64,000 nt of DNA from Octopus sinensis (GCF_006345805.1 NC_043014.1:41850001-41914000), one strand, 5' to 3'; shown: positions 40,745 to 54,999, counted from the first letter of the stretch. The notes: generated by a model from the sequence alone, not told the origin. Made by a program: numbers and translations.

Positions 40745-40961
40745 CCTCCTTTTCCCTTCCTTCCTGAGCGTCCAATAATACTATATTTGTTCCACGCCCT
40801 CGCGTTGTTGCGTTTTCTCTTTGTGTTTTCATGTTTGGATTAACTATATATACATACTACATACATACATACATACATACATACATACATACATACAAAC
40901 ATACATACATACATACATACATACATACATACATACATACGTACGTACATACATATATATA

Positions 40962-40992
<31 letters not shown>

Positions 40993-41001
40993 TTATGTAT
41001 T

Positions 41002-41035
<34 letters not shown>

Positions 41036-41373
41036 TGTATGTATGTTTGTACGTACAGTTACCCCTCAACTATGGCGAATATTGCGTTCCAAAACCCCGC
41101 GCGATGGGTGAAAATCCGCAAAATAGAAACAGTACTGAACCATTTCACTTGTTTCAGTAATTTGACTGTGGCCATGCTGGAGCATGGCTCAAATTCAACA
41201 ATGCTAGGTTATTAAATAGGAAAGGGAAATCTTACGTTGGTGTAGAGTAAGAGAAATGAACGGAGTGGTGTGGAGTTGACACTGAATTTTCACCTCTTGA
41301 CAGACGAAGGCGTACTCTTATTGTGCAACATATCAACGGTGAATACAGAGATACACAGCTGCAAACACTAACA

Positions 41374-41512
41374 TAGCGGTTCGGCCACAGAGACTGAGAG
41401 AATAAGTACTAGGCTTACAAAGAATAAGTCCTGGGGACGATTTACTCGACTAAAGGCGGTGCTCCAGCATGGCCACAGTCAAATGACTGAAGCAAGTAAA
41501 AGAGTAAAGGAG
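41374..41512 (+). mobile_element. SINE family A, 3' fragment
   Basis: tagcggttcggc…aagtaaaagagtaaa. Confidence 0.88.
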
Positions 41513-42188
41513 TACATACAGCATATAAACACAGTGTACATACACAACATAAACACGCAAAAAACACATATACACAAAATATAAAGAAAATATATACACA
41601 CACAGAACAGAAATACGCGCGTCATTCTACAAACACAAAACGCACAAGCGCACAAAATGCGTACGCATACAACATACACACTGCAAGTATACATGTGACA
41701 CACAAGTATAGCATGTACAAACACACTCATACACAAACACACACACACACATGCGACAAGCAAAAACATGCTCAAAACACACACACCAGAGAAACACAAG
41801 ATACAGTAACACATACGTAAATACGCGTGTGCAAACACGCATGTTCGCGCGCAAACACATACACATACACACATACGATAAGCTCACTTATACACAACAA
41901 ACAGATATACACAAAATGCAAATAAAATACACACACGATATCCAAAGGCAGCATACATACATACATACATACATTCGCTGGAGGACGGACCTATAACAGC
42001 ATACGGAAGAGCAGAAGAAAACGACATAGAATAAATAGTATGTAAGAAATGCCTGCCCCAGCCTGGCCGCAGCTCGTAAGCTGAATCTAGATGAAATAAA
42101 AAAAAACAAGCATACATACAGAAACACACAACATGCAAATACACACACACACATACACAAAAAAAACGTACTTACACAATATACAAAC

Positions 42189-42261
<73 letters not shown>

Positions 42262-43240
42262 ACCCTCGCACACATACATATCATATAAACACTTCATACG
42301 CACACAAACTCATTACACACGGACACACAAAGACACGGCATACACAACACACCCTCGTGTACACAACATGCAAAACACAACACACGCACGTCGCAGGCAC
42401 AAACACACATAAGGTACACACAACAAACAACATATCTACACACACACACACACACGCATTCACACACACCAACGTACACACGCAAAAACGTACACACATA
42501 CAGCGAACACACATACACACACACGCATTTTCTTATTCTCTCTAACTTTTCCATTCTACTTCCGCTTTCACCAATTTGCATTTCGTTTCGTTTCTTCATT
42601 CCTACTCCATTTCTCGTTTTAACTCCGTCCACCTCTTCCTCGACCTCTTCGTCGTCGTCTCTTTATAGACTTCCTCCAACTACTCCTCTTTTACTTCTCC
42701 CCTTCCGTCACCCACTTTTACAGTTTCCCACTCGACATTCCAAAGTTTGCGTTTCAAAAACTGCCATTTTTCACATCTTCACGTACCGCACCGTGATCTT
42801 CGTCCCTTCTCTCAGAGAACCAACCACTCTCACCTCGAGACATAGGCACCCACACACACACACACACACACACATACACACACATACAGATACAACCACA
42901 CACATATGATTAACACAGACACACACGACGACTAAATATACACAAAATGCAATCAAAATACACACACGACATCGAAAGACAACATACACACATATACAAA
43001 AAGCATACACACACACACACACAGTCACACACACACAAAAGCACACACACACACGTATGCACAGACGCACACACGCGTCCACATTCCGACACATATATAC
43101 AAGCTACACTCGCATATTTTGATACACAGCTCTACGGTTCTATATGCACGTACAAATACACATATACCATTTCTAAACTCCTTCTTATACATTCAGCCTT
43201 ATATATATACAATCCACACACATAAACACACAAACACATA
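41513..43240. repeat. Cryptic (CA)n-rich low-complexity region
   Basis: Directly visible degenerate CA repeats. Confidence 0.85.
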
Positions 43241-43329
43241 TATACTCATTGTAGAGGGACGCGCGCGAATACATGTATGCTCAATCATGGTCATGTTGTA
43301 CAATCTACACACGTATAAATTAGTTTAAA

Positions 43330-44022
43330 ATTTTAGCATAAGGCGTGCAATTTCGGGGGATGAATTAAATCGATTACATCGACCCAATGCTTAACTGTTA
43401 CTTATTTTATCGACCTCGAAAGGATGAAAGGCAAGGTCGACCTTAGTGGAATTGGAACTCAGACGAAATACCACAAGGAGCTAAACATAGAGGAGACAAA
43501 CAAGGACAGACAAACGGATCAAGTCGATTACATCGACCCCAATGCGCAACTGGTACTTAATTTATCGACCTCGAAAGGATGAAAGGCAAGGTCGACCTTG
43601 GTGGAATTGGAACTCAGACGAAATACCACAAGGAGCTAAACATAGAGGAGACAAACAAGGACAGACAAACGGATCAAGTCGATTACATCGACCCCAATGC
43701 GCAACTGGTACTTAATTTATCGACCCCGAAAGGATGAAAGGCAAAGTCTTGGCAAAATTTGAACTCAGGACGTAACCGCAGACGAAATACCTAATTCTGT
43801 ACTACCCACAATGGGCTAAACGCAGAAGGGACAAACAAGGACAGACAAACGGATTAAGTCGATTATATCAACCCCAGTGCGTAACTGGTACATATTTAAT
43901 CGACCCCGAAAGGATGAAAGGCAAAGTCGACCTCGGCAGAATTTGAACTCAGAACGTAACGGCATACGAAATACCGCTAAGCATTTCGCCCGGTTTGCTA
44001 ACGTTTCTGCCAGCTAGCCGCC
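43330..44022 (-). mobile_element. SINE family B tandem multimer (four units)
   Basis: Head at about 44020 followed by repeated bodies; two ~155-bp units are near-identical. Confidence 0.9.
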
Positions 44023-44064
44023 TTATGCGCACGCATATATTGATACACTCTCCAATAACACAAA

Positions 44065-44102
<38 letters not shown>

Positions 44103-44107
44103 ACACA

Positions 44108-44141
<34 letters not shown>

Positions 44142-44399
44142 AGCACAAATGTATACGCAATCATAGCCGTGTCCAAATTCTCTTCCACATTCTTCACCTT
44201 CTCTACTTCTCCTTCTCCTCTATTTTCCTCCTCCTCCTCCTCCTCCCCTCAGCTTCGTTCTTCTATACTTCTCTTCGCCTACCTCCTTCTTGTTGTCTCC
44301 ACCTACCCTTCATCGCTCCTTCGCCACAGGGCGTCGTTGCAAGCAAAAGGCTATTCAAATTAGATCCGTGACATTTTGATTCAGAGGAAACCACCCCTC

Positions 44400-44640
44400 T
44401 ACATCACCACCAACAACAACAACACGATCATCACCGTCACCACCAACAGCAACAACAATGCTACTACCACCATCAGGATCATTATCACCAGCATCACCAC
44501 CACCACCACCACCACCACCACCACCACCATCACCATGATCTTCTGCACCGTCACCATCGCCACCACCACCATCACAACCACCACCACCACTACCGCCGCC
44601 ACCACCGCCACCGCCACCGCTACCGCCACCGTCACTATAA
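44400..44640. repeat. (CAC)n/(CAA)n array
   Basis: Directly visible. Confidence 0.9.
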
Positions 44641-44825
44641 CCGACATTTCTGAGCCAATCTCATTGTTCCCTTCTACAGATTCATGCACTTCCGATCTAT
44701 TTCAACACACCCCCTAAAACAGCATCCAGCACCCTATCCACCTACGGCTTACTTTTCCCGTCTCTATCATTTTCGTCACCTCCACTTTCACCAATAGTAT
44801 TATTATCAACGATATCATCATCTTC

Positions 44826-45051
44826 GCGAGCTGGCAGAAACGTTAGCACACCGGATGAAATGCTTAGCAGTATTTCGTCTGTCGTTACGTTGTGAGTTCA
44901 AATTCCGCCGAGGTTGACTTTGCCTTTCATCCTTTCGGGGTCGTAAATTAAGTACCAGTTCCGCACTGGGGTCGATGTAATCGACTTAATACCTATGTCT
45001 GTCCTTGTTTGTCCCCTCTATGTTTAGCCCCTTGTGGGTAATAAAGAAATA
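44826..45051 (+). mobile_element. SINE family B with TSD
   Basis: GATATCATCATCTTC occurs immediately before and after the element. Confidence 0.92.
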
Positions 45052-46007
45052 GATATCATCATCTTCATCATTATCATCATCTCCACCACCAACAACAACA
45101 CCACCACCACTGTCATCATCACCATGATGTGTTAACAAAGGAGGTTGTTCGGTCTGCTAGAAATAATAGTCAAATCTCAGAGCTAAAAGACCTTAAATGT
45201 CTGATCTTAAAGTCTCAGAAAATGAAAGACAACAGTTGACAAATAATTATTCTACACGCCGCTAAAAGAAAGCGAGATGGTCACAGTTAGAATGCTTTTG
45301 GTCATGTGTCTATTTGGTTAGAATTGACCAAAGGTTATACAGCGACATCAACAACAATACCACAATTAACGACAACAACTCTTCCGTCATAAACATAACT
45401 ATTACCGTTACTAATAATTATAATGCCATCATCTCCTAATATAATAATGAGCGTAGTGTTTTTATACATTTGTATATGTATATTAATACACTCTCCAGTA
45501 ACACAAATATATATATGTATTTGTCCAGGATCACGCAGGACGGGGAGGAGGAGAGAAAATAGTAATTCAGTGAAGGAGAAGTAGTGAGAGTAATAGTCCT
45601 GAATAAGAGGGTGTGAGAGAAAGTAATAGCAATGAGCGGAAGGAAGGGGTGGTAGATGAATAAGGAAGGAAGGGGTAAAAAAAATCAGCGTTTCAATTCT
45701 GTGTGAGTATGTGTGTATGTGTGTGTGTACAAGGAAAGTATGTGAATGTTTGTATGTGTGATTATTATGTACATTATTTTGTACCTTATTTATATATAAA
45801 ATATTACAATTAGCCGTCATTATTGACAGCACGTGGTCAGCTAGTTAATTATAATTAACTATTACCATCATTACCAACACTTTTCTGTTTCTTCCGCATG
45901 TATTCTCACCACGCATCCTCTTTTTCCTCCAATGCTATTATATGATCCTCCAATCTTCCTTTTATACTACAAAACAATATTATTTCGTCAATATCTTCAA
46001 CCTTTAG

Positions 46008-46420
46008 AGCGGCGAGCTGGCAGATACGTTAGCACTCCGGGCGAAATGCTTAGTGGTATTTCGTCTGTCGTACTGTTCTGAGTTCAAATTCCACCGAGCT
46101 CGACTTTGCTTTTCATCCTTTTGGGGTCGATTAAATAATTACCAGTTACGCACTGGAGTCGATGTGATCCACTTAATCTCTTTGTCTGTCTTTGTTTGTC
46201 CGCTCTGTGTTTAGCCCCTTGTGGGTAATAAAGAAATAGGTATTTCGTCTGCCGCTACGTTCTTAGTTCAAATTCCGCCGAGGTTGACTTTGCTTTTCAT
46301 CCTTTCGGGGTCGATTAAATAAGTACCAGTTACGCACTGGGGTCGATATAATCGACATAATTCCTTTGTCTGTCCTTGTTTGTCCCCTCTATTTAGCCTC
46401 CTGTGGGCAATAACGAAATG
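46008..46420 (+). mobile_element. SINE family B tandem dimer
   Basis: Junction aagaaataggtatttcgtctg. Confidence 0.92.
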
Positions 46421-48022
46421 AATATTTTCACCTTTTTTTCTTTTGGAACAGCTCGGATTTTGTGACTAAGAACGGAGATCAAAAACAGGCTGAAAATGTC
46501 AGGCATATGTTCGCTCATAGAATTGTGTCCGAGTATTTATGGCAAAGAAATAGAAAGATGATGGTTAGAGTCACCATGAGAAATATTGTTTCTTGATTTA
46601 TTGGGTAGTCATTATATCACAGTATGGGAGGGTGGTCAGTGAATGGTGAAGAATGGCGAGATGCAGTTTGGTAGAGAAGAGCACAACGGAATTGTAAGTT
46701 TTAAGGACACTGTAAAACCACAAGGCTGAGCTGGAGCTGTGTTTAGTTGAGGGTGCGAAGAGAAAAAAAAATGCCATGGTGCAGGCACGAACCCTGGTTG
46801 TCAGACATGGTAAAGTAAAAGCCATCTGATGGTGTTTTATCAGCAGGAACAGCAAAAATAAAGTATGTTAGCCGTAGCATCCGAGACAAGAACAAGTCTC
46901 AGAAACTGTTGCTGTTCTTTGACCATCGCCTCTCGCGGCTCTGGCAACAGCGGAAGAGATCACCTCGACTCCAATCCCGCGAGCTAATCAAGAAGCTGAA
47001 GGTTCCCTGACCCTACAATAAATATTAGTGACAGTGAAGAAGACGAGGAAGAAAATAGTGGTTAACAATAACAAAATATTCTAGAGGCGACCATTTTAGA
47101 AGTGCCGTCGAAGATCCGGAGTATTCGAATACTGGTCCGTGAAAAGCCAGAGGGCTGCCTCATTCTCGACCGTAGATGATGATAAACGATAGCTATCTCC
47201 TCCGCTAACCAATATTAATATCCCAACGCTTGTGACAAACAGGGGCGTAGTGCGCTCGGAGAAAGTTGAAAACTAGCAAGAAAAAAGGAGGTAGAGGACC
47301 CAGCACAGTAGAAGAAGAAAGACAAAACCAGATGAAAGACATGTAAAATACAAAAAGTGGACGATATGACACAGTCGTTTGAAAAATTTATCGATCCTTC
47401 AGATACGTAATAACGCAAACTGGATCAGGTGTGTCCTCGAAAATGTGTGACGATCTTTTTAGCTTATTTGCTTATCATCCCACATAAAAAAATATTGACG
47501 GGTACTTTTGGCAATACCGAACCCAAGTACAAGGAGTGGCAGATGGGTAGAGAGAGAGATATAGAGTTCTCTAAGACAGCCTAATTAGTGGTTTTTCATC
47601 CGTTCGTTGGTGAGTAACCGGAAATGTTTTCATTCTGTAATGTTTAAATAATACGTTTGTTTTATACTCATTTTAAACATGTTTCTTTGCATAAGGTCCC
47701 TCGACTACCTCTTTTACATAACTATATCTTGCACATCCACACATATTTTTTGCTAGTTATAATGTTTCGTTTATTTATGAATGATTTAAATGTAATTCCT
47801 CTCATGACTAATAAAGGATTATTATTATTATATTATTATTATTATTATTATTGTTATTGTTATTATTACTACTACTACTACTACTACTACTACTACGATT
47901 ACTACTATTACTACTACCACTACTACTACGACTACCACCACCGCCACTACTACTACCATCACCACTACTACTATTATTATTATTATTATTATTATTATAA
48001 TTATTATTACTACTTTTTTTTT

Positions 48023-48115
48023 CTTTCAAATTTGCTTCCATTTCTTGCCGAGTGTCTTCCCGACTCCTAGGGCAAAGAAACGACACTCGGCAAGAAATGG
48101 AAGCAAATTTGAAAG
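48023..48115. repeat. Perfect 34-bp inverted repeat with 25-nt spacer
   Basis: CTTTCAAATTTGCTTCCATTTCTTGCCGAGTGTC at 48023-48056 and its reverse complement at 48082-48115; arm plus spacer recurs at 48665-48721. Confidence 0.95.
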
Positions 48116-48133
48116 GAAGAAAAAAAAAAAAAG

Positions 48134-48179
<46 letters not shown>

Positions 48180-48184
48180 TTATT

Positions 48185-48660
48185 ATTATTATTATTATTA
48201 TTGAGTGAGAGAGCAGTGCATGCCATCAGAGTGACACTGGGGTAAAATAAACGAAGCCCAGTATACCCATCATGACTACCCGTCAGATAAGGGTACACCA
48301 GGCACATGCATCACAACCATATGTGCGCGACATGGTAATCTCATATCAAGATAAACAGCATATGACTTTGCAGGTGGGGACCAGTTAGAATTTCCTTCTG
48401 GTCGAGTAACCCATCCTGCTCAAAAGGTCCCTGAATAAGGGTTGTTTAAGGATGTTGAACAAAACACCCATGTTTCCAGAGGTGAATTATTCAAACCCCA
48501 AAGAATCCCTCTCAACACATGACTATGATGCTCCCCCACTACTTCTGCTCGTGATCAGAGATGCACATATTGTCAGCAACTAAGGGACATGGTCAACTGT
48601 TTAAGGTCAAACAACTGACAAGCAAACCTGTGGTATTGAGCAGAATATTTGCTGTAGCCC
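48185..48660 (-). mobile_element. Retroposon (SINE or LINE 3' part) with (TAA)n tail
   Basis: Complex sequence ending …GCACTGCTCTCTCACTCAATAATAAT inside a (TAA)n array; family not determined. Confidence 0.6.
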
Positions 48661-48813
48661 ATTATTCAAATTTGCTTCCATTTCTCGCCGAGTGTCTTCC
48701 CGACTCCTAGGGCAAAGAAACTCATAGTATACATTGGTAAACTCACTAGTTCGTTCATTTTTTTTTATAGAAATAAAGTTAAATTAAAATACACGGGTAG
48801 TAATAGTTATTAC

Positions 48814-48873
<60 letters not shown>

Positions 48874-49314
48874 AGCGGCGAGCTCACCGAATCATACGCT
48901 GGGCAAAATTCTTATCAGCCTCTCATCAGTCCTTGCGTTTCGAGTTTAAATTCCACTGAGGTCGACTTTGTCTCTCATCCTGTCGGGTGTCGATAAAATA
49001 AGTACGAGTTAAAAACTGGGCTCGATGTAATCGATTTCATACCTCCCTCAAAACTGTTGGCCTTGTGCCGAAATTCGAAAGTAAGGCAGCGAGCTGGCAG
49101 AATCGTTACCACGCCGGGTAAGATGTTTTGCGTTATTCCGTCCGTCATTACGCTCTGAGTTCAAATTCCGCTAGGGTCGACTTTGCCTTTCATCCTTTCG
49201 GATTCAATCAAATAAGTGCCAGGTGAGTACTGGGATCGATATAATCGACTAGCCCCCTCCCCTAAGATCTCAGGCCTTGTGCCTATGGTAGATACGATTC
49301 TTCTTCTTCTTCTT

Positions 49315-49345
<31 letters not shown>

Positions 49346-49650
49346 TTATTATTATTATTAAGAGCATGCCGTGCAATATGCTTAGCCGTATTACACCCGT
49401 TGCTATGTTCCGAGTTCGAATTCCGCAGAGGTTAACTTTGCCTTTCATACTTTCAGGGTCGATAAATTAAGTACCGGTCAAACACTGGGGTTGATGTACT
49501 CGACTAGTCCCCTCCCGAAAATGGCAAGAGTGGATGGTACCACTCTAAGCGTACATCTGTGAGTCGGAGAGAAGGAATTAGAGAGGGCATTCTTTCGATA
49601 AAATTCTCTCGATAAAATAAGCGCCAGTCAATTACTGGGGTAGATGTTTT
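48874..49650 (+). mobile_element. Cluster of older family B-related SINEs
   Basis: Three to four units with GAGTTCAAATTCC…GTCGACTTTG…ATAAGTAC. Confidence 0.8.
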
Positions 49651-50171
49651 CGACACCCTTATTATACAAATTTTTATACAGGTGGTACTTATACAGAAAA
49701 ATGATTTGATTACCAAAATTTTTGTTCTGGTACTGACCGACTACAACTGAATAAGTACATCGACCAATTTCCACTTGTTATGCTTTTTTTACCTGACTAA
49801 TTGAGAAAAATATGTCAGTTTAGCGCCGTTTAGTCATTTTATTTTTAAGATATGGATTAGCATGACGACTCGCCTGCCAAAGTGTCAGCAGATTTTCTTT
49901 TCTTTTTTTCTTGGATCTGTTGCTGAATTAGCAACAACAGATTTCTGTCTGACACATTAAGCAATGTCAGCAGGCATCATTCAACGAATAAGGGTGCGGT
50001 CTTATGTCAGGTTAGCAACACTTCCCTAACTGACGCAACAGACGAGCAAGCAGCTGCTGCTGGAAGGGAAACAGCAAAAAAAAAATAAAATAAAATAAAA
50101 TAAAAGGAAAAATAAAAAAAAAATACAGGGGAAAACAAGAAGAAGTGAAGAATCACATATGGAGTGGAGAA

Positions 50172-50240
<69 letters not shown>

Positions 50241-50492
50241 GAAAAACAGAGAAATATGAAAAAAGAAAATAAAGATGTAATAAGATTGGTGTAAATGAAA
50301 TATAAAAAAAAAAAAAAAATTAAATATTAGAGTGAAGAAATATAGGTAAAAAGAAAATAGGCTAAAAAATGAATAACAGAAAGGATTAAAAAAAAAAGAC
50401 GAAAGAAAAAAAGCGGAGAAATATGAAAATTAACGAAAAGAAAATAAACAAAGATTTTAGTTTGTATGAGTATGTGTCCAGATATATATATA

Positions 50493-50535
<43 letters not shown>

Positions 50536-50653
50536 TATATATATATATATATATTATATATATATATATGTATATGTATATGTGAATATGTAGGAAAAAT
50601 TGTGTGTATGTATGTATATATATATATATCTATATCTATATATATATATATAT

Positions 50654-50684
<31 letters not shown>

Positions 50685-50694
50685 GTATATATAT

Positions 50695-50747
<53 letters not shown>

Positions 50748-50896
50748 GTATATATATGTATATATATATATGCATATATATATATACATATATACGTATA
50801 TATATACAAACTTACACACATACACATATATATGCATACATGCATATTTATATAAAGGCGTATATAAGCGAGCATATAAGTATAAATGTATGTTTT

Positions 50897-50945
<49 letters not shown>

Positions 50946-50984
50946 GTATTACAGCAAAGATATATGATTATATGTGTAATATTG

Positions 50985-51598
50985 GTGTCAAATTTTGGCA
51001 CCTGCCAGTAATATCGGATGGTGGGGGGGGGGCGGTAAGTCGATTACACCGTCTCCAGTGTTCAACTGGTACTTATTTAATCGACTCCGAAAGCATAAAT
51101 GGTAAAGTCATCCTGGACAGAATTTGAACTCAGAACGTAAAGACGGACGAAATGTTGCTAAGCATTTTACCCGGCGTGCTAACGTTTCTTATTTCTTTAC
51201 TACCCACAAGGGGCTATACACAGAGGGGACAAACAAGGACAGACAAAGGGATTAAGTTGATTATATCGACTCCAGTGCGTAACTGGTACTTACTTTATCG
51301 ACCCCGAAAGGATGAAAGGCAAAATCGACCTCGGAGGAATTTGAACTCAGAACATGAAGACAGATAAAATACCTATTTCTTTACTACCCACAAGGGGCTA
51401 AACACAGAGAGGACAGACAAGGACAGACAAAAGGATTAAGTCGATTATATCAACCCCAGTGCGTAACTGGTACATATTTAATCGACCTCGAAAGGATGAA
51501 AGACAAGGTCGACCTCGGCGTAATTTGAACTCAGAACGTAGCGGCAGACGAAATACGGCTACGCATTCGCCCGGCGTGCTAACGTTTCTGCTAGCTCA
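50985..51598 (-). mobile_element. SINE family B dimer adjoining an older unit
   Basis: Junction aaatacctatttctttactacccac at about 51367. Confidence 0.9.
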
Positions 51599-51934
51599 CA
51601 TCCTTAACTATATGTATGATTTGTCAATTATTATTATCAATGAGAAATTCACCCAGATAAACACACACGTGCACACGCAAACCCGCGTATGCGTACGCAC
51701 AGACAAACGGATACATACACACGCGCGCACAACGCACACATCACGCTCGTGTATATCAGAGTTTTTGTGCATATATGTTTTCAAGCTTTCGGACATGCCT
51801 TCTGTATTTGTGTGTATACATGTATGTTTATTTATGCCTATGTGTATGCATATGTGTGCTCGTTATTGTGCGTAAGACCATGTATTTATAGTGTCTGAAT
51901 GCACGTATGCATGCATGATACAGTACATTTCTCT

Positions 51935-52004
51935 CTTCCGTTGTACGAAACACGCAGCGAAACCTCTTTTTGATGCCTTATATGGCGAGTGGAGCGTGAC
52001 GTCA
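51935..52004. promoter_or_regulatory. Candidate ETS + CArG + CRE enhancer module
   Basis: CTTCCG at 51935-51940, CCTTATATGG at 51976-51985 and TGACGTCA at 51997-52004, in non-repetitive CpG-retaining sequence. Confidence 0.45.
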
Positions 52005-52227
52005 TAGCTAATGCCTGCAGGAGATAACCAGTTTATCTAGATTTTATGAAATATATTTTTAATGAACTTAAACTATATAAAATTACACTTCAAGTGAAAA
52101 ACAGAAAAAAAGGCAGGCAAAAGACAAACATAAATTCTTGTGGTTTTTTAAATTTTGACGCATTTTTAACGCATGGCAGAAACTGGGGGAACTGGGATTA
52201 ATGTAATTTTCAGGAAGAGTTATCGAA

Positions 52228-52743
52228 TCTATATATATAAAACTGTAGTTGTGTGAGTGTCTGTCCCCTTCGATTTAGATTCCTAACTCCTCCCACATTT
52301 TGCGGTGCAGTTTAACCAAATTCGGGTATCTTACAGTCGTGATTAATATCGAGCCCGTCTGGCTATTAGCGCGCGTCTACGATGAGTCTACGATTTTAAA
52401 AATAATTTAACATCATTTTTTATTCCATTTTAATGCATAAAATGCATCGTGTGTCGATGGCGGCGGAGTTGGCGTCCACGCTCAAACACCTGCACCTGTG
52501 TTTGCTTCTCCCCCTTCTTCCCTCCCTCGTGAAGCTGTGGGGAAGGGAGTTTAAGGAAATCAACGTCGTAATGCGTTGTCAAGGAGACCAGCGTTCTTTT
52601 AGAACAACTTCATGGCTTGAAGACACCAAAACAGAAATGGCTAAGAAAGCCCGAATTGGCATCTATAAGGGAAGTAACTCTCTAAAAATGCTTATATAGT
52701 TATTTCTCTTACAAACCCGAGCAACGCCGGGCGATACTGCTAG
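52228..52743 (+). mobile_element. Non-autonomous Helitron
   Basis: A|TCTATATATATAAAA … CCCGAGCAACGCCGGG CGATACTGCTAG|T. Confidence 0.85.
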
Positions 52744-52925
52744 TGAATAATAAATCTATCCATTATTATTGGCAATACATGAGCGCGTGTATCAGAACAG
52801 TTCCTCTCTGTGACTGCTCTTGTACTTGCCTGCTACTGAGAGCTTTGCCAGGTTATAGCTTTGTCTATTCAACAAAACATTAAACCTGGGCTCATATCCG
52901 GTGGGAAATATATAGAATACTTAAT

Positions 52926-53174
52926 CTTTTATTCTTTTATTTGTTTCAGTCATTTGACTGCGGCTATGCTGGAGCACCGCCTTTAGTCGAACAAATCGAC
53001 CCCCAGGACTTATTCTTTGTAAACCTAGTACTTATTCTATCGGTTTCTTTTGCCGAAACGCTAATTTACGGGGATGTAAACGCACCAACATCGGTTATCA
53101 AGTGATGATGGGGTTACAAACGCAGACACACAAACACATACACATACATACATACATACATACACACACACACG

Positions 53175-53241
<67 letters not shown>

Positions 53242-53395
53242 GGCTTCGTTCAGTTTCCGTCTACCATATATACTCCCAAGGCTTTGGTCGGCCCGAAGCT
53301 ACAGTAGAAGACACTTGCCCAAGGTACCACGCAGTGTGACTGAACCCAGAACCATGTGGTTGGTAAGCAAGCTACCACACACTTACTCCTGCGCA
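52926..53395 (-). mobile_element. SINE family A
   Basis: Full head, body and tail. Confidence 0.9.
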
Positions 53396-53461
53396 TATAT
53401 CCACACACCCACACCTGCACCTTATATACGTATTGTATTAATCCTTTTGCTATCATATTTC

Positions 53462-53690
53462 TTATTTCTTTATTGCCCACAAGGGGCTAAACATAGGGGG
53501 AACAAACAAGGACAGACAAAGGGATTAAGTCGATTACATCAACCCCAGTGCGTAACTGGTACTTAATTTATCGACCTCGAAAGGATGAAAAGCAAAGTCG
53601 ACCTCAGCGGAGTTTGAACTCAGAACGTAGCGGCAGACGAAATACGGCTCCGCATTTCTTCCGGCGCGCTAACGTTTCTGCCAGTTCGCC
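53462..53690 (-). mobile_element. SINE family B with TSD
   Basis: Flanked by ttttgcta(t/c)catatttct. Confidence 0.92.
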
Positions 53691-54910
53691 TTTTGCTACC
53701 ATATTTCTGTCTATGAATCAATGAATATTTAAGACAAAATAACTTTGTCCTTATTAATCAAAGAATTTGGTGGAAATTTTAAATACATTCAAAAATGTAT
53801 ATATTTGCATGTATTTCTTTTTGAGTTTCATTTGAGATATTCTTAACAGCGTTCAAGACCTTTTGAATTAAGAGAATTCTCGGTATTCGTGAATATGAGG
53901 TTGAGTTGGTGCGTTGGTTGAGCTTTCGCTGCTCACACTGAAGTATGTGCATCTTTTCAATTAAAGAATCACAGATTAAGAGTCTTTGAAATGTCTCACA
54001 AATCTTCATTGTACCAGTAATAGACTTTATTTGGAGAATCGGCGTCTGTTCTTTTACTCTTTCTTTGAAAAACTCATATTTCTAGGAGTCTGTGCAAATT
54101 TGTTGGTACATAGTCTAATGTACCTATGATGAGGAGTACAAATGAGAATTCAGAGACAGGGTACAGACAGGGTACAAGAATTCACAGACAGGGTACTGTA
54201 TGTTCTGCATTAATTTACCATAAATGTTCTGATTTTCCTAGACTTGTGATTGTATGTATGTATATATGTATGTATTTATGCGTGTATGTATGTATGTAGG
54301 TAGGTTTATGTATGTATGTATGTATGTATGTATGTATGTATGTATGTATGTATGTATGTATGTATGTATGTATGCATGCATGTATGTATGCATGTATGTA
54401 TGTACGTATGTATGTATGTATGTAGGTAGGTAGGTAGGTAGGTAGGTAGGTGGGTACATATACTTATGCATACACAAATTCATGCAAAAAAATCATTAGA
54501 CATATTCATCAAATATACACGCAAACATCTCTTCACATGCAATTCTAATAATAATTAAAACTGATACGATAAATTAGTGGAGAATGTTCTAAGGTTTGAC
54601 TTTAAAGTACAAATATTTGAAATTTTATTTTAAAAACACTTGAACATTTTAAAAATGGTGTAAAACGATTCTACTTAAATTATGGAAGGAAGGAAGGACG
54701 TGATCGATGTGTTAGATTTAATTTTTGAGAGGGTAAATGTAATTTAATAAACAGACATTATATAAAACGATCCTATACACACGGTCTCTGTTTCAACCTC
54801 AATACATATACGCATATATATACACATCTCTCTTCCCCGTTTTCATCCTTCTCTCCATCTCTATCCTTCCCACCTCTCTCTCTCTCTCACTATATATATA
54901 TATATATATA

Positions 54911-54964
<54 letters not shown>

Positions 54965-54999
54965 CAAACACACACTCACGCACACACACATACACATAG

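Noticed and set aside
46590-47550. Purine-rich complex sequence, possibly LINE ORF1 debris
   Set aside because: Frequent stops and no motif I can identify with confidence.
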